A stretch of DNA of 64,000 bases. Origin: an uncultured Actinomycetota bacterium (lineage in GTDB: Bacteria; Actinomycetota; Actinomycetes; CAVWCF01). Location of the stretch: the NCBI GenBank assembly GCA_963753435.1, contig CAVWCF010000001.1, positions 1,504,001-1,568,000 on the forward strand, read 5' to 3'. Of this stretch, positions 49,270 to 59,378 are shown piece after piece (the first letter of the stretch is position 1; every line of letters starts with the position of its first letter). A program made the translations under genes and the position numbers. The notes beneath the pieces are model-generated. The model was given only the letters and a program-made list of their open reading frames with translations, had not been told where the DNA came from and ran no database searches.

Positions 49270-50313
49270 CTACGGCTGGTTCGACTCACGCTGGGGTACG
49301 ACGCCGCCGACCACGATGAGTGGATCTTGCGCGGCACCATTCGGAGTGCCTGCTCCTGCTGGCCCGATCAGGTCCAAGACCGTGGCGGTTCCGAAGTCTC
49401 GGGGTGGAACGACCAGGTCCTCGATACGCCGGCTCAACGGGTCCTCGGGGGCAGCTGCCTCGGGCTTGCGCCGCCAGAGCCCCAGGAGCGGGATCTGGAT
49501 CAGCAGCCATCCGATCACGATTAACGCCCACGGGTAGGACGACGTCGTGGATGTAGCCGAGGTGGGCTCGTCCAGCCCGGCAAATGAGGTGAGCACCGTC
49601 AATCTTCCGAAGGTGAACGCCGGGAACTCGATGGGTATTTGTGCTGTCACCGTCTGGCCGGGCGCGATGAGGCCGAGGTCGGGTCGTGCGACGACGTCGG
49701 TCGGGTCGTCGCCGGTTCCGGCCGTGACCCGCACATCCGGGTTCTCAAGAGTGGTCGAACCAGTGTTGGTCACTTCTAGGTCAAGGGTTCGTTCGGCTCC
49801 CGCGCCGAACCAGGAGGTAATCGGACCGATCCCGCTGAGCGACTGCTTTGCCTCAACCGATCGAGTAGTGATTTGCAGGGTCGGCTGGGCGGTCTCCGCG
49901 CCAATCACCTCGAACGGGACATCGTTGGCGTCGTTGTTCTCCGGACTGGACACGTGGACAACGCAGGGGCAGGGCTTGGGCGGAATGCCGACGACGATCT
50001 GAGTTGAGAACGTTCCCTCCGGCGTCACCACTGTGGTGTTGGCTCGGGTGGGGTCGCAGTCGCCGATTCCGCCTAGGAACAGGTTCCCGCAAAGGACAGC
50101 CTGCACCTGGACGCCTGGTTCCCAACCGGAGCCAGTTACTCGCACTGGCGTGCCGGGCTCGCCCAATGGCGGTGAGGCGACTGCGGACAGGCTCTCGTCT
50201 CGAGGTGCGCTCGGTTCGTCTTCTGCCCGCGCAACGCCCGCCGGGCCCACCACGGCGGCGCACAGCGCTGCCGCGGCGAGTCCGCCGGCGAGGCGACGCG
50301 AGCGTCGGCTCAT
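49270..50313 (-). CDS. Secreted protein with neocarzinostatin-like Ig domain, CARDB-like domain and C-terminal TM
   Basis: VTGSGW, VLCG...DC, PPKPCPCVV, VTNTG, IAPGQT, PW-TM-RRK. Confidence 0.7.
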   Translation of the reverse strand: MSRRSRRLAGGLAAAALCAAVVGPAGVARAEDEPSAPRDESLSAVASPPLGEPGTPVRVTGSGWEPGVQVQAVLCGNLFLGGIGDCDPTRANTTVVTPEGTFSTQIVVGIPPKPCPCVVHVSSPENNDANDVPFEVIGAETAQPTLQITTRSVEAKQSLSGIGPITSWFGAGAERTLDLEVTNTGSTTLENPDVRVTAGTGDDPTDVVARPDLGLIAPGQTVTAQIPIEFPAFTFGRLTVLTSFAGLDEPTSATSTTSSYPWALIVIGWLLIQIPLLGLWRRKPEAAAPEDPLSRRIEDLVVPPRDFGTATVLDLIGPAGAGTPNGAAQDPLIVVGGVVPQRESNQP

Positions 50314-51344
50314 GACGCGGGCGTATCCGCGACGTATCGACGACGAACTGTTGCGTCGTCATTCTCGATCTCAGCCGGACGCTGTGACCGCATCCGTCGC
50401 CAGATGGCGTAGCCAATGAGTGCCAACAGGATCAGCGCGAGGATCAGCCAGGGAACGAACCAGACACTCTTGTCCGCTCGTGCTGACTGGTCTTCCCCGT
50501 AGGTCAGATCTACCGCGACCGTGACTCGGTCGATGAACGGCGGGTTGTCCCAAATCTCCTGCAGGGTGACCGACTCCCCGGGCAGGATCTCGACCGTCGG
50601 GCGTTCGACCTGGAGCAGTTCGCGTCCGAAGAGGCCTGTCGCTGCCACGTTTGCGGTAGGCCGCTGTCGGGTGTTTCCGACGTTGGAGACCGTGTACTCG
50701 ATTACGACGCGCTCAGGGGCGGTGACACCGAAGATGCCACCTTCCTTCTTGACCTCCAGGGACGTGATCTGGAGCTCCGACGTCAGCGGCCCGTTTACGC
50801 GCGCGTATAGCCGGACCCCGACCGCGTTCTGCACGCGGAGTTGTGCGCCGTCCGGCGCCTGGCCGGCTTCCGGTACTGGGTTCAGCGTCACGATTCCGCC
50901 GACGTGGTCACCGGGGGTGGCGTTGTCGGGAACAACCATCGTGAAGGGCACATCCACGGACGCGTCCGGTTCGAGGGTTACCTCGGACTCGCTCATGGTG
51001 ATCCACGAACCCACGTCAGTGTTCTCTACGTCGATCCCGTTGATCGCGTACGCGCCCCCGCCGGTCGCGTTGTAGGCATCGCCGGCCCAAGTCTGGAGGC
51101 GCAGGATGGCCTGCGACTTGTTGGTGATGGTGACCGAGTCCTCAATGGTGGCCCCCGGCGCGACCTCGTAGTTGAAGAACTCCCGGCTGGTCGCTGTTCC
51201 CTCACCGGTCGAGGTTGGGCTTACATCCCAGGTCCCGTTATCCACGGCCTGAGCCGACCCCGGTACCAGGAGCAGGCCTCCGGCCAGGGCGACCGTGCTG
51301 GCGAAGACGGCAGATGTCCGTCGGAGCATGGTGCGCGAAATCAT
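50310..51344 (-). CDS. WxL-interacting protein (DUF916/WxLIP-like)
   Basis: FNYEVAPGATIEDSVTITN, VGSWI, VPDNATPGDHVGGIV, VGVRLY, NVGN, ILPGES, PW-TM-RR. Confidence 0.85.
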   Translation of the reverse strand: MISRTMLRRTSAVFASTVALAGGLLLVPGSAQAVDNGTWDVSPTSTGEGTATSREFFNYEVAPGATIEDSVTITNKSQAILRLQTWAGDAYNATGGGAYAINGIDVENTDVGSWITMSESEVTLEPDASVDVPFTMVVPDNATPGDHVGGIVTLNPVPEAGQAPDGAQLRVQNAVGVRLYARVNGPLTSELQITSLEVKKEGGIFGVTAPERVVIEYTVSNVGNTRQRPTANVAATGLFGRELLQVERPTVEILPGESVTLQEIWDNPPFIDRVTVAVDLTYGEDQSARADKSVWFVPWLILALILLALIGYAIWRRMRSQRPAEIENDDATVRRRYVADTPAS

Positions 51345-51485
51345 TGCGGTAGGGCGTCCCCTCGTGAGTCCGGCAGGCTCGAGCGTGCCTGTTCCGGTAG
51401 GCGGACCGTACCCGCGGACAGCGGAACGAAACAAGGTTTGCTCCTTATGATCACCGGAACGGGAAGACCGCGTACCGTCGTCCCA

Positions 51486-51515
51486 TTGACACTGTATGGA
51501 CGTGGTTTCTACGCT
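51486..51515 (+). promoter_or_regulatory. Housekeeping sigma-70-type promoter for the ABC operon
   Basis: TTGACA-18 nt-TACGCT. Confidence 0.65.
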
Positions 51516-51570
51516 CGGAGTTCACTTGTAACGCCGTTCCGTAGAGTGGAACAAAGGGGAGAGCGGGCTG

Positions 51571-52963
51571 ATGGGGACCAGCATGCGCTCGCGACGGGCG
51601 CTTCCGGCGATTTTGGCTGCCAGCGCACTCGCTCTGAGCGGCTGTATTGGCGCGGCCAGCGCCGACGGTGTCTTCACCAACGTCAACGGTGGTGGCGACG
51701 GCAACTCCAACGGCGGTGCAGTTGCCGCGCCTGGGGTCACCGACAGTTCGGTCAAGCTCGTCTACATCGAGAACCAGCTAGGTGCCCTCGCCGACCAACT
51801 GGGCTTCATCCAGCCGGACCGCGGCGACCCGGTCGCACAGTTCGAAGCGATGGTCGCCTGGGCGAATGAGAACGGCGGCATCGCCGGCCGTCAGATCGAG
51901 CCGGTCGTCAAGCCGTACATCGCGTCCACCGACTCGCCCGAGGCCGTCGACGCCCTGTGCAACGCGATCACGCAGGACGAGCAGGCGTTCGCCGTCATCC
52001 TCAACGGCCAACTGCAGCCCAACGCCCGCCCCTGCTACGCCAAGCGCTCCACGCTCATGCTTGAGGGCGGCGTCATCCCGATGGACACCCAGGGCTTCGC
52101 CGACCTCGCACCGTTCTACTGGGCGCCGAGCCTGCCGGAGTACGACGAGTACCTGACCGGGCTCCTGCAAGAACTCGAAGCGAACGGCTTCTTCGAAGGC
52201 TCGGCGGGCGTGGGTCTGGTCGCCAACGATGACCCAGTCGTGGACCGGGTCACCGAAGAAATCGTCAAGCCGAAATTGGCCGAACTCGGCTTCGACAACC
52301 CGCCCGTCTACAGCATCGACCCGTCCAACGTCGGCAACATCAACAAGAGCCTCGAGCAGGCCGTGGTCGGCTTGATCAGCGCCGGCGCGGACCGGGTCCT
52401 CTTCCTCGGTGACAGCCGTCTCGGCCCCTTCTACATCACGATCGCCGACATCCAGCAGTACAACGGCCGCCTGGCTATCGGCTCCTACGACAGCCCGCGC
52501 TTCCTGGCCGACAACGGCACCCAGTCCCCGCCGCTGATCCCGCAGAAGTACCTGACCGACTCCCAGGGGATCAGCCTGCTTCCGGTCACCGACGTCCGCG
52601 ACGACCAACTGCCGTTCCCGGCCACCGAGGGCGAGCAGGAGTGCCTCGACATCTATAAGGCCAAGGGTCTTGAGTTCGCCGGCCGTGGCGAGGCGCAGTT
52701 CGCGTTCATCACCTGCGACCAGGTCCGCTTCCTCAAGGAAGCCGCAGACAAGGGCGGCGACGACCTGTCCGCCCGCAGTGTGGAGTCCGGGGCCTGGCAA
52801 CTCGGTGAGGACTTCAAGTCCGCAATCTCGCCGAAGTCGCGGTTCGAGGAAGGCCGCTACGCCGGCACCGTCGCCTACCGGAACCTGCGCTTCGACACAG
52901 GGCGCCGGCGCCTACGTCTACGACAGCCTCGACCTGCTCGACCTGCCGGAGGTCGAGTCGTGA
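51571..52963 (+). CDS. Type I periplasmic-binding-fold (LivJ-like) substrate-binding lipoprotein, apparent frameshift near 52900
   Basis: Lipobox LSGC, APGVTDSSVKL, NENGGIAGRQIEPV; alternate frame GAYVYDSLDLLDLPEVES ends at TGA 52963, overlapping the next GTG. Confidence 0.8.
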
Positions 52964-55824
52964 GCGAGGCGGGTCTCCCCGCTCATCTCGATTACGCCTC
53001 GCGCGTCGCCCTCGGGGTGACGGGCGAGCGCAGCGTTGCCGGCTACCTACGCGCCGCCGGCGCGCGCGGCCGGGCCCGCGTCACGAGCCTGTCCCGATTG
53101 TCATTCGCTGATGCCGCACCCACCGCTGCGGTGGTCCTGCTCGTCAGTGCGGCGGCCGAAGACCTTGGTCTGTCCGCCGGTCAGGTGGTCACCGCGCTGC
53201 TGATCGGCGGCCTCGGGCTGGTCGCCGGCGCCATCCTCGGAATCAATGTCGCCGACAGCGGACGTCGGCTGAAGGTCGCTGTGGCCGTCGGCACCAACGC
53301 CGGCATCCTCGCCATCCTCATTGCCCAACTCAGCGCCTTCTGGCTGCTGGCGGTGCTGTTCGCCGCCCGCGGCGTGCTGCTCGGATACGGACAAGCCGTC
53401 CAACGCCCCCTGGTGATGGACGTCGTCCCGCCGGAGGCGCGCATCCGCGCCTTCGCCCGCTGGCGTGGCGCCGCGATCTTTGCCGCCGCAGCCGCCGCCG
53501 GATCGGCGGCGTTGGTGCTTTCCGGACCGCAGTGGTCCTGGAGCACCGTCGTCACCTTCCTCGGCGCCCTGGCGATCGTGCTGGGCCTGGCCGTCGCCTT
53601 CGTCGACGACCCCGGGGCCGGGGGCCTGGAGCAGGATCGACTGCGCCGCGTAGTCACCGAGGAGGGCGCTCCCTCGGCCGTCATCAACGGTGCCGGGGCC
53701 TCATTCGGGGTGCTGGCGCGCACCCCCGCCGCCCGGATCTCGCTGTCCAGTTACGTCGGAGTGGGCGCGGCGACGCTGGCCCCGCTGCCAGTGGGCTTCT
53801 CCGTGGCTCAGGAACGTGGCTACACCGCCGGCTCGGCCCTCCTCGGCCTGGCCCTGGCGTACCTGGTGGCCGCGGGAGTGGTCGTCTTCGCCGCAGACGG
53901 ACTGGACGCGCGGCGGCAGGCCGGATGGGACCGGCTGGCCAAGGTCGTCCCGGTGCTACTCGCGGTGGCCGCCGTGGGCGTGATCGTCGCCGCATCTGTC
54001 GCGTCCCCGATCGCCGTCATCGTCGGCGTCGGCGTGGCCGCGGCCGCCGCCGGGCTCACCGCTGCATCTCTGGACGGGGTTGCACTTTCGGCCGTCTGGG
54101 CTTCGGACCGGCCGGGGGTCAGCGGGTACAGCACCATCTCGACACTCGCCGGCGGGCTCCTGGGTCTGGCTCTCGCTTACTGGCTTGGTGGCCCGGGCGG
54201 CTTTGCCGCGGTCGGTCTGTTGATCGCCCTGACGGCCGGCTTGTCGCTGCGGCTACCCAAGGCAGCCGCCGAATCGTTCGTCGACTCCCTGCGCGCCCTC
54301 GGGCTCGCCTACGAGAAGGTCTACGGGCCCGCGCTGAACCGGGTCGGCCCGCCGGAGTGGGCGACCAACAGCGCCGGCTTCACCCCGCCCGGATACGGCT
54401 GGGGTCCCACCGCGCTACCTGGTGGTGCGGCCTGGGCCGCTCAGACAGCGGGCGGCGTCGGCTACGCGGCGCCCGGTTACGGGACGCCCACCTACGCCGA
54501 TCAGCCCGTCGGTGGCTACCCGAGCCCGACCGCACCGGGGGACTACCCGCTTTACGCACCAGTCGACGGCGGGCTGTCCGGTGCCGGTGTCGCCGGCGCC
54601 GGAGCCGCCGCGGGCGCCGCACTGTGGGCGTCCGGTTGGAGCACCGACGGCGCCGACGCCCTGAGCAGCCCCACGATCCCGGGTGAGGCCACCCCGGCCG
54701 AACCGGCGGCGTGGACCCCCGGCGACGACCTGACCCAGCCCGCTAGCGCCTACCTCGGCGGGGCCGCGAACGCCCCCGAGGAGCCGGCCGAACCGACCTA
54801 CGTCCAGCCACAGTCGTGGACCCCGGTGTGGGAGTTCCTCCCGGCCGCACCGCTGGCGCTTGCCGCCGCGCCGGCGTCTACCAACGGACACGCTGCCGAT
54901 GCCCTGTCCGCACCCGCGGCGTTCACCCAGCCGAGCGCCACTCCTCAGGCCGCAGCAGCCGCGCCAGCTGCGGCCGCAGCAGTGGCCGCTGTGGCCGCCA
55001 CCACCGTCACCGAGCCCGCCCCGGCCCCGGCCGGCGGCGTCCCGACGTTGCACCACCCGGCCAACGGCGGCGTCCACATCCTGGAGGGACGCGGCGTTTC
55101 CTACTCCTACGGCTCGGTGCAGGTGCTGTTCGACGTCAACCTCTACGTGCAGCGCGGCGAGCTGGTGGCCCTGCTCGGACCGAACGGCGTCGGCAAGACC
55201 ACGTTGCTGCGCGTGCTGTCCGGCTTGGCGCGAGCAGACGAGGGCCAGGTCATCCTCGACGGCCAGGACGTTTCCCGCGTCCCCGCGTCCAAGCGGGTCG
55301 CCATGGGCCTCAGCGAGATCGTCGGTGGCGAGGCCGTCTTCGGGTCCATGACGGTCGCGGAGAACCTGCGGATGTACGGGTTCAGCATGGCCAAGGACAA
55401 GCAGTCCGTGGACGCCGGCATCCAGGCCGCCTATGACCAGTTCCCGCGGCTGGCGGACCGCCGCAACCAACTCGCCAGCACCCTGTCCGGTGGCGAGAAG
55501 CAGATGCTCGGCCTGTCCAAGGCGCTGATCGTCAAGCCGCAGATCCTCATGGTCGACGAGTTCTCCCTCGGTCTGGCCCCGGTCATCGTCGGGGAGCTGA
55601 TGGGCCTGGTCCGTCGCCTCAACGCCGAAGGCACCGCGGTGCTCCTGGTGGAGCAGTCGGTCAACGTCGCACTGTCGCTGGTGCACCGCGCCTACTTCAT
55701 GGAGAAGGGGCGCCTGGTGTTCGAAGGGCTGGCTGAGGAGTTGCGCGGCCGCCCCGACCTGGTCGCGGAGATCACCCTCGGCGGGCACGCCGATGCGCTG
55801 GCGAGCGCGGAGGCGGCGGCATGA
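52960..55824 (+). CDS. MFS-like membrane domain plus low-complexity linker plus LivF-like ABC ATPase fusion
   Basis: About 12 TM helices (PLVMDVVPPEARIRAFA); P/A/G/Y-rich linker; GPNGVGKT, LSGGE, MVDEFSLGLAP, VEQ. Confidence 0.8.
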   Translation: MSEAGLPAHLDYASRVALGVTGERSVAGYLRAAGARGRARVTSLSRLSFADAAPTAAVVLLVSAAAEDLGLSAGQVVTALLIGGLGLVAGAILGINVADSGRRLKVAVAVGTNAGILAILIAQLSAFWLLAVLFAARGVLLGYGQAVQRPLVMDVVPPEARIRAFARWRGAAIFAAAAAAGSAALVLSGPQWSWSTVVTFLGALAIVLGLAVAFVDDPGAGGLEQDRLRRVVTEEGAPSAVINGAGASFGVLARTPAARISLSSYVGVGAATLAPLPVGFSVAQERGYTAGSALLGLALAYLVAAGVVVFAADGLDARRQAGWDRLAKVVPVLLAVAAVGVIVAASVASPIAVIVGVGVAAAAAGLTAASLDGVALSAVWASDRPGVSGYSTISTLAGGLLGLALAYWLGGPGGFAAVGLLIALTAGLSLRLPKAAAESFVDSLRALGLAYEKVYGPALNRVGPPEWATNSAGFTPPGYGWGPTALPGGAAWAAQTAGGVGYAAPGYGTPTYADQPVGGYPSPTAPGDYPLYAPVDGGLSGAGVAGAGAAAGAALWASGWSTDGADALSSPTIPGEATPAEPAAWTPGDDLTQPASAYLGGAANAPEEPAEPTYVQPQSWTPVWEFLPAAPLALAAAPASTNGHAADALSAPAAFTQPSATPQAAAAAPAAAAAVAAVAATTVTEPAPAPAGGVPTLHHPANGGVHILEGRGVSYSYGSVQVLFDVNLYVQRGELVALLGPNGVGKTTLLRVLSGLARADEGQVILDGQDVSRVPASKRVAMGLSEIVGGEAVFGSMTVAENLRMYGFSMAKDKQSVDAGIQAAYDQFPRLADRRNQLASTLSGGEKQMLGLSKALIVKPQILMVDEFSLGLAPVIVGELMGLVRRLNAEGTAVLLVEQSVNVALSLVHRAYFMEKGRLVFEGLAEELRGRPDLVAEITLGGHADALASAEAAA

Positions 55825-58800
55825 ACACCGGGCTTGCGGCTGCCACCATCGCCGGCTTCGACCTGTCCGCCGGGCGGCTGCTGCTCGGCATCCTGAACGG
55901 TTTGATCTACGGGTTGCTCGCCGTCGGGCTGGTGCTGACCTACCGGGCCAGCCGGTTCATCAACTTCGCCTACGGCGGCATCGGCCTGTTCGGCGCGGCC
56001 ATCCTCGGTGTGACCGTGGGCAAGTTCGGCATCCCCTACTGGGTCGGCTTCGTCCTGGCACTGATCGCCGGTGCAGCGATCGCGGCGTTCACCGAAGCGG
56101 GGCTGGTCCGGCGGCTGGAGAAGGCGCCCCGCGTCCTCGGCACCATCGTCACGCTCGGCTTCGGCCAGTTCCTGGTGATCGTGGCGCTGCTGATCAACAA
56201 GGACAACTCCGGCGGCCGGTTCTTCCCGTCCCCGTCGGGGCTGCCGGAGTTCAAGGTCAGCGGGATCGTCATCTCCGCGCCCTTCGTGGCGATGCTCATC
56301 TTCACGCCGATCCTCATGGCCTCGCTGTCGGTGTTCCTCAAGCGCAGTCGCTACGGCCTGGCGATCCGCGCGGCCGCGGACAACCCCGATGCCGCGTCCC
56401 TGGCCGGTGTCACCGCATCGCGAATGGTCACGTTGTCGTGGGCCATCTCCGGCGGTATCGCGGCGTTCTCGGCCTCGCTGGTCCTGCCCACCCAGGGCAC
56501 GCCGTCGATCGAGACCATCGGCCCCACGCTGCTGCTGTTCGGTTTGGCCGGTGCGGTCATCGGTCGGCTGCAGAACATCCCGGTGGCGTTCCTGTCCAGC
56601 CTCGGCATCGGCGTGGTGGAGCAGGTCGTCCGCTCCAAGGACCCGACCAGTGGGCTGGCGGAGTTGGTGCTGGGTTCGATCATCATCCTGGCGCTGCTGC
56701 TGCAGCCGAAGCTGTCCACCCGGGTTGAGGTCAAGAGCGACTGGGCCCTCGTTACCCCGCGCCGACTGCCGAGCGCGTACCAGAAGGTGTTCCTGATCCG
56801 CTGGCTGCCGCGGTTGGCGCTGTACGGGGTGCTGGGCTACCTGGCCTACCTGGCGTTCGTGGTCAACAACGAGACCGCGTCCAAGCTGACCGTGTTCGTC
56901 GGCTACGCGATCATCGGCTTGTCCGTGCTGCTGGTCACCGGCCTCGGCGGACAGCTGTCGCTGGGCCAGGTGGCGTTCGCCAGCATCGGTGCGGTTGCCA
57001 GCGTCAAGGTCGCCGAAGCCACCGGCTACTTCGACCTGGCGCTGATCGCCGCCGCCTTCGTGGCCGCCGTGGTGGCGATCCTGGTCGGCATCCCGGCACT
57101 GCGGTTGTCCGGTCTGGCGTTGGCAGTGAGCACGCTGTCGTTCTCGCTGATAACCGCCACCTGGCTGTTGCGGCAGGACTGGGCCTTCGGCAACGGCGTC
57201 GACCCGTTGCGGCCGGTGATCGCCGGTCTGGGCTTCTTCAGCTCCAAGGGGTTCTACCTGTTCTCCGTTGGCGTGCTGGTGGTCGCGTTCTTCCTGGTGG
57301 GCAGCCTGCGCCGGTCCTCCTTCGGGCGGATCTCCATCGCGTTGCGTGACAACGAACAGGCCGCCCGCGCCTTCACCGTGCCGAGCAACCGCCGCCGGTT
57401 GCAGCTCTATGGCGCGGCCGGTGCCATCGCCGGCCTCGGTGGCGCGGTCATCGGCCACGGCCAGTCGAACCTGACGTTCGCGGCCTTCCCGGCCCAGGCG
57501 AACATCGACGTGGTCGCCGAAGCGGTTGTCGGTGGTCTGACCGTGCTGATCGGCCCGGTCCTGGGTGCTCTCTACATCGTGGGCCTGCCGTCGCTGCTGA
57601 GCCTGAGCACCATCGGGATCGCGATCCTGACGCTCGGCTGGCTGGTTCTGATCATCCTCATTCCGACTGGAATCGGCGGGGTGCTGCTGAACCTCTGGGG
57701 CAGCCTCGCCGATGGCATCGCCCGGCTGCGGGGGATCAACCCGGCGGTGGCGCGGGCGGCCGACGCCGGCGGCGCGCTGGAACGATCCGCAGAATCCCTG
57801 GACCTCACCCATTTCCGCCGCGCGGACCTGGCTCCGGCGGGGACCAACGGGTCGGGTCCCGCCGGTCAACCGGCCGCCGAGCAGATCCCCGGCGCCCCGA
57901 GCGCGGAGACCGTGGTCCCGGGCGGGCAGTGGATGCCGCCGTCGGCCCAGACCGGTCAGGCCCTGCCCATGGGCGTGGAGTACCCGCAGGTCTCGACCCA
58001 GCCGATGCCGCCGGTTGCCCAGCCGGTGCCGCAGCGCGCCGCCCCGGCAACGGTCCGCGAGGTGCAGTTGTCGGTGCGCAACATCAGCCGCTCCTTCGGC
58101 GGGGTGCGGGCCGTCGTCGACGTTTCGCTGGACGTCTACCGCGGCGAGATCCTCGGCATCATCGGCCCCAACGGTGCGGGCAAGACGACCTTCTTCGAGA
58201 TCCTCACCGGCTTCACCTCAGCCGATGCCGGCAACGTGGTCTTCGAGGGCCGCGACATCACCAAGTCCTCCCCGGAGCGGCGTGCCCGCGCGGGCCTGGT
58301 CCGGTCCTTCCAGTCCAGCGCCCTGTTCCCGACCCTCACCGTGCTGGAGACCGTGATGGTCGCCGAGGAGCGCACCGTCCCGACGGGGACGTTGGAGTCG
58401 GTGACGGGCATCAGCCGCAAGGAGGGCAAGCGGCGTGCGCGGTCAATGGAACTGCTGGACGTCATGGGGTTGCGCTCCCTGGCCTACCGGCAGGTGAGCG
58501 GGCTGTCCACCGGGCAGCGGCGCATGGTGGAACTGACCTGCATGCTGGCGCTGGAGCCGCGGACCCTGCTGCTGGACGAGCCGGCCGGTGGCCTGTCGAC
58601 GGCCGAGGGCGACCAACTCGTGGAGCTGTTCACTGCGATCCGACGCGACCTGGGCACGACGCTGGTAATCGTCGAGCACGACCTGCCGCTGCTGAACCGC
58701 ACCGTGGACCGCATGGTCGCCATGGAACTGGGCGCGATCATCGCCGTCGGCACCCCGGAGGAGGTGCGCAACCACCCCGATGTGGTCCGCTCCTACCTGG

Positions 58801-58850
58801 GCACCGAAGCCGCAGCGGTCGAGCGCAGCGGCTCCCTCACCCCCGCCTGA
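55821..58850 (+). CDS. LivH-LivM-LivG-like fused ABC permease/ATPase
   Basis: GLVLTYRASRFINFA, GLGGQLSLGQ, ALRDNE, GPNGAGKT, LLLDEP, VEHD. Confidence 0.9.
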   Translation: MNTGLAAATIAGFDLSAGRLLLGILNGLIYGLLAVGLVLTYRASRFINFAYGGIGLFGAAILGVTVGKFGIPYWVGFVLALIAGAAIAAFTEAGLVRRLEKAPRVLGTIVTLGFGQFLVIVALLINKDNSGGRFFPSPSGLPEFKVSGIVISAPFVAMLIFTPILMASLSVFLKRSRYGLAIRAAADNPDAASLAGVTASRMVTLSWAISGGIAAFSASLVLPTQGTPSIETIGPTLLLFGLAGAVIGRLQNIPVAFLSSLGIGVVEQVVRSKDPTSGLAELVLGSIIILALLLQPKLSTRVEVKSDWALVTPRRLPSAYQKVFLIRWLPRLALYGVLGYLAYLAFVVNNETASKLTVFVGYAIIGLSVLLVTGLGGQLSLGQVAFASIGAVASVKVAEATGYFDLALIAAAFVAAVVAILVGIPALRLSGLALAVSTLSFSLITATWLLRQDWAFGNGVDPLRPVIAGLGFFSSKGFYLFSVGVLVVAFFLVGSLRRSSFGRISIALRDNEQAARAFTVPSNRRRLQLYGAAGAIAGLGGAVIGHGQSNLTFAAFPAQANIDVVAEAVVGGLTVLIGPVLGALYIVGLPSLLSLSTIGIAILTLGWLVLIILIPTGIGGVLLNLWGSLADGIARLRGINPAVARAADAGGALERSAESLDLTHFRRADLAPAGTNGSGPAGQPAAEQIPGAPSAETVVPGGQWMPPSAQTGQALPMGVEYPQVSTQPMPPVAQPVPQRAAPATVREVQLSVRNISRSFGGVRAVVDVSLDVYRGEILGIIGPNGAGKTTFFEILTGFTSADAGNVVFEGRDITKSSPERRARAGLVRSFQSSALFPTLTVLETVMVAEERTVPTGTLESVTGISRKEGKRRARSMELLDVMGLRSLAYRQVSGLSTGQRRMVELTCMLALEPRTLLLDEPAGGLSTAEGDQLVELFTAIRRDLGTTLVIVEHDLPLLNRTVDRMVAMELGAIIAVGTPEEVRNHPDVVRSYLGTEAAAVERSGSLTPA

Positions 58851-58914
58851 ACCCCTTGAATGCGGCTTTCAGGCGAATAGACCGCCGATTAGCCGCCTCA
58901 CCGGGTGGAACAGC

Positions 58915-59304
58915 TCAGGACGGTGAGGATTCGCCCGTTGTGGATTCGGCGGCAGTGGCCTCGTTCTCGTCGGGGGCCGGGACCTCGACCTCACGAACGG
59001 CCTCGATCAATTGCCGCAGCGCCGGCTCGGGCAGCGCGCCGGCCTGGCTGAAGACCACCGTGCGGTCCTTGACCGCCACCAGCGTGGGGATGGCCGACAC
59101 GTTGAAGGCGCCCGCGAGTTCCGGCTGCGCTTCGGTGTCCACCTTGGCGAACAGGATGTCCGGGTTCTCCTCGGACACACGCTCGAAGACCGGCGCGAAT
59201 CCGCGGCACGGCCCACACCACTCGGCCCAGAAGTCAATGATCGTGATCGGCGAACCGGTCACGGACTCGGTGAACGTTTCCTTCGTCAGGGCCTGCGTGG
59301 CCAT
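58915..59304 (-). CDS. trxA: Thioredoxin
   Basis: DFWAEWCGPC, AIPTL. Confidence 0.93.
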   Translation of the reverse strand: MATQALTKETFTESVTGSPITIIDFWAEWCGPCRGFAPVFERVSEENPDILFAKVDTEAQPELAGAFNVSAIPTLVAVKDRTVVFSQAGALPEPALRQLIEAVREVEVPAPDENEATAAESTTGESSPS

Positions 59305-59325
59305 GATCATCCTCTCGTTGGTCGG

Positions 59326-59339
59326 TACCCCTACGGGTA
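59326..59339. promoter_or_regulatory. CsoR/RicR/CstR-family operator palindrome
   Basis: TACCCCTACGGGTA fits TACC-N5-[G/A]GGTA, between divergent trxA and DUF302 genes. Confidence 0.65.
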
Positions 59340-59378
59340 TGCCAACATGTGCCCCGAATCAAACATTCCGGAGGAATT

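Noticed and set aside
51527-51541. KstR-like operator TGTAACGCCGTTCC upstream of the ABC operon
   Set aside because: The AAC-GTT spacing is 3 nt rather than the 2 nt of TnnAACnnGTTnnA, and the flanks do not match.
51571-55824. 1417-aa SBP-MFS-ATPase triple fusion in the ORF track
   Set aside because: An alternate frame gives a natural SBP C-terminus ending in TGA that overlaps a GTG start (GTGA at 52960-52963). The joining segment is Arg-rich off-frame text, so a single indel near 52900 is more likely.
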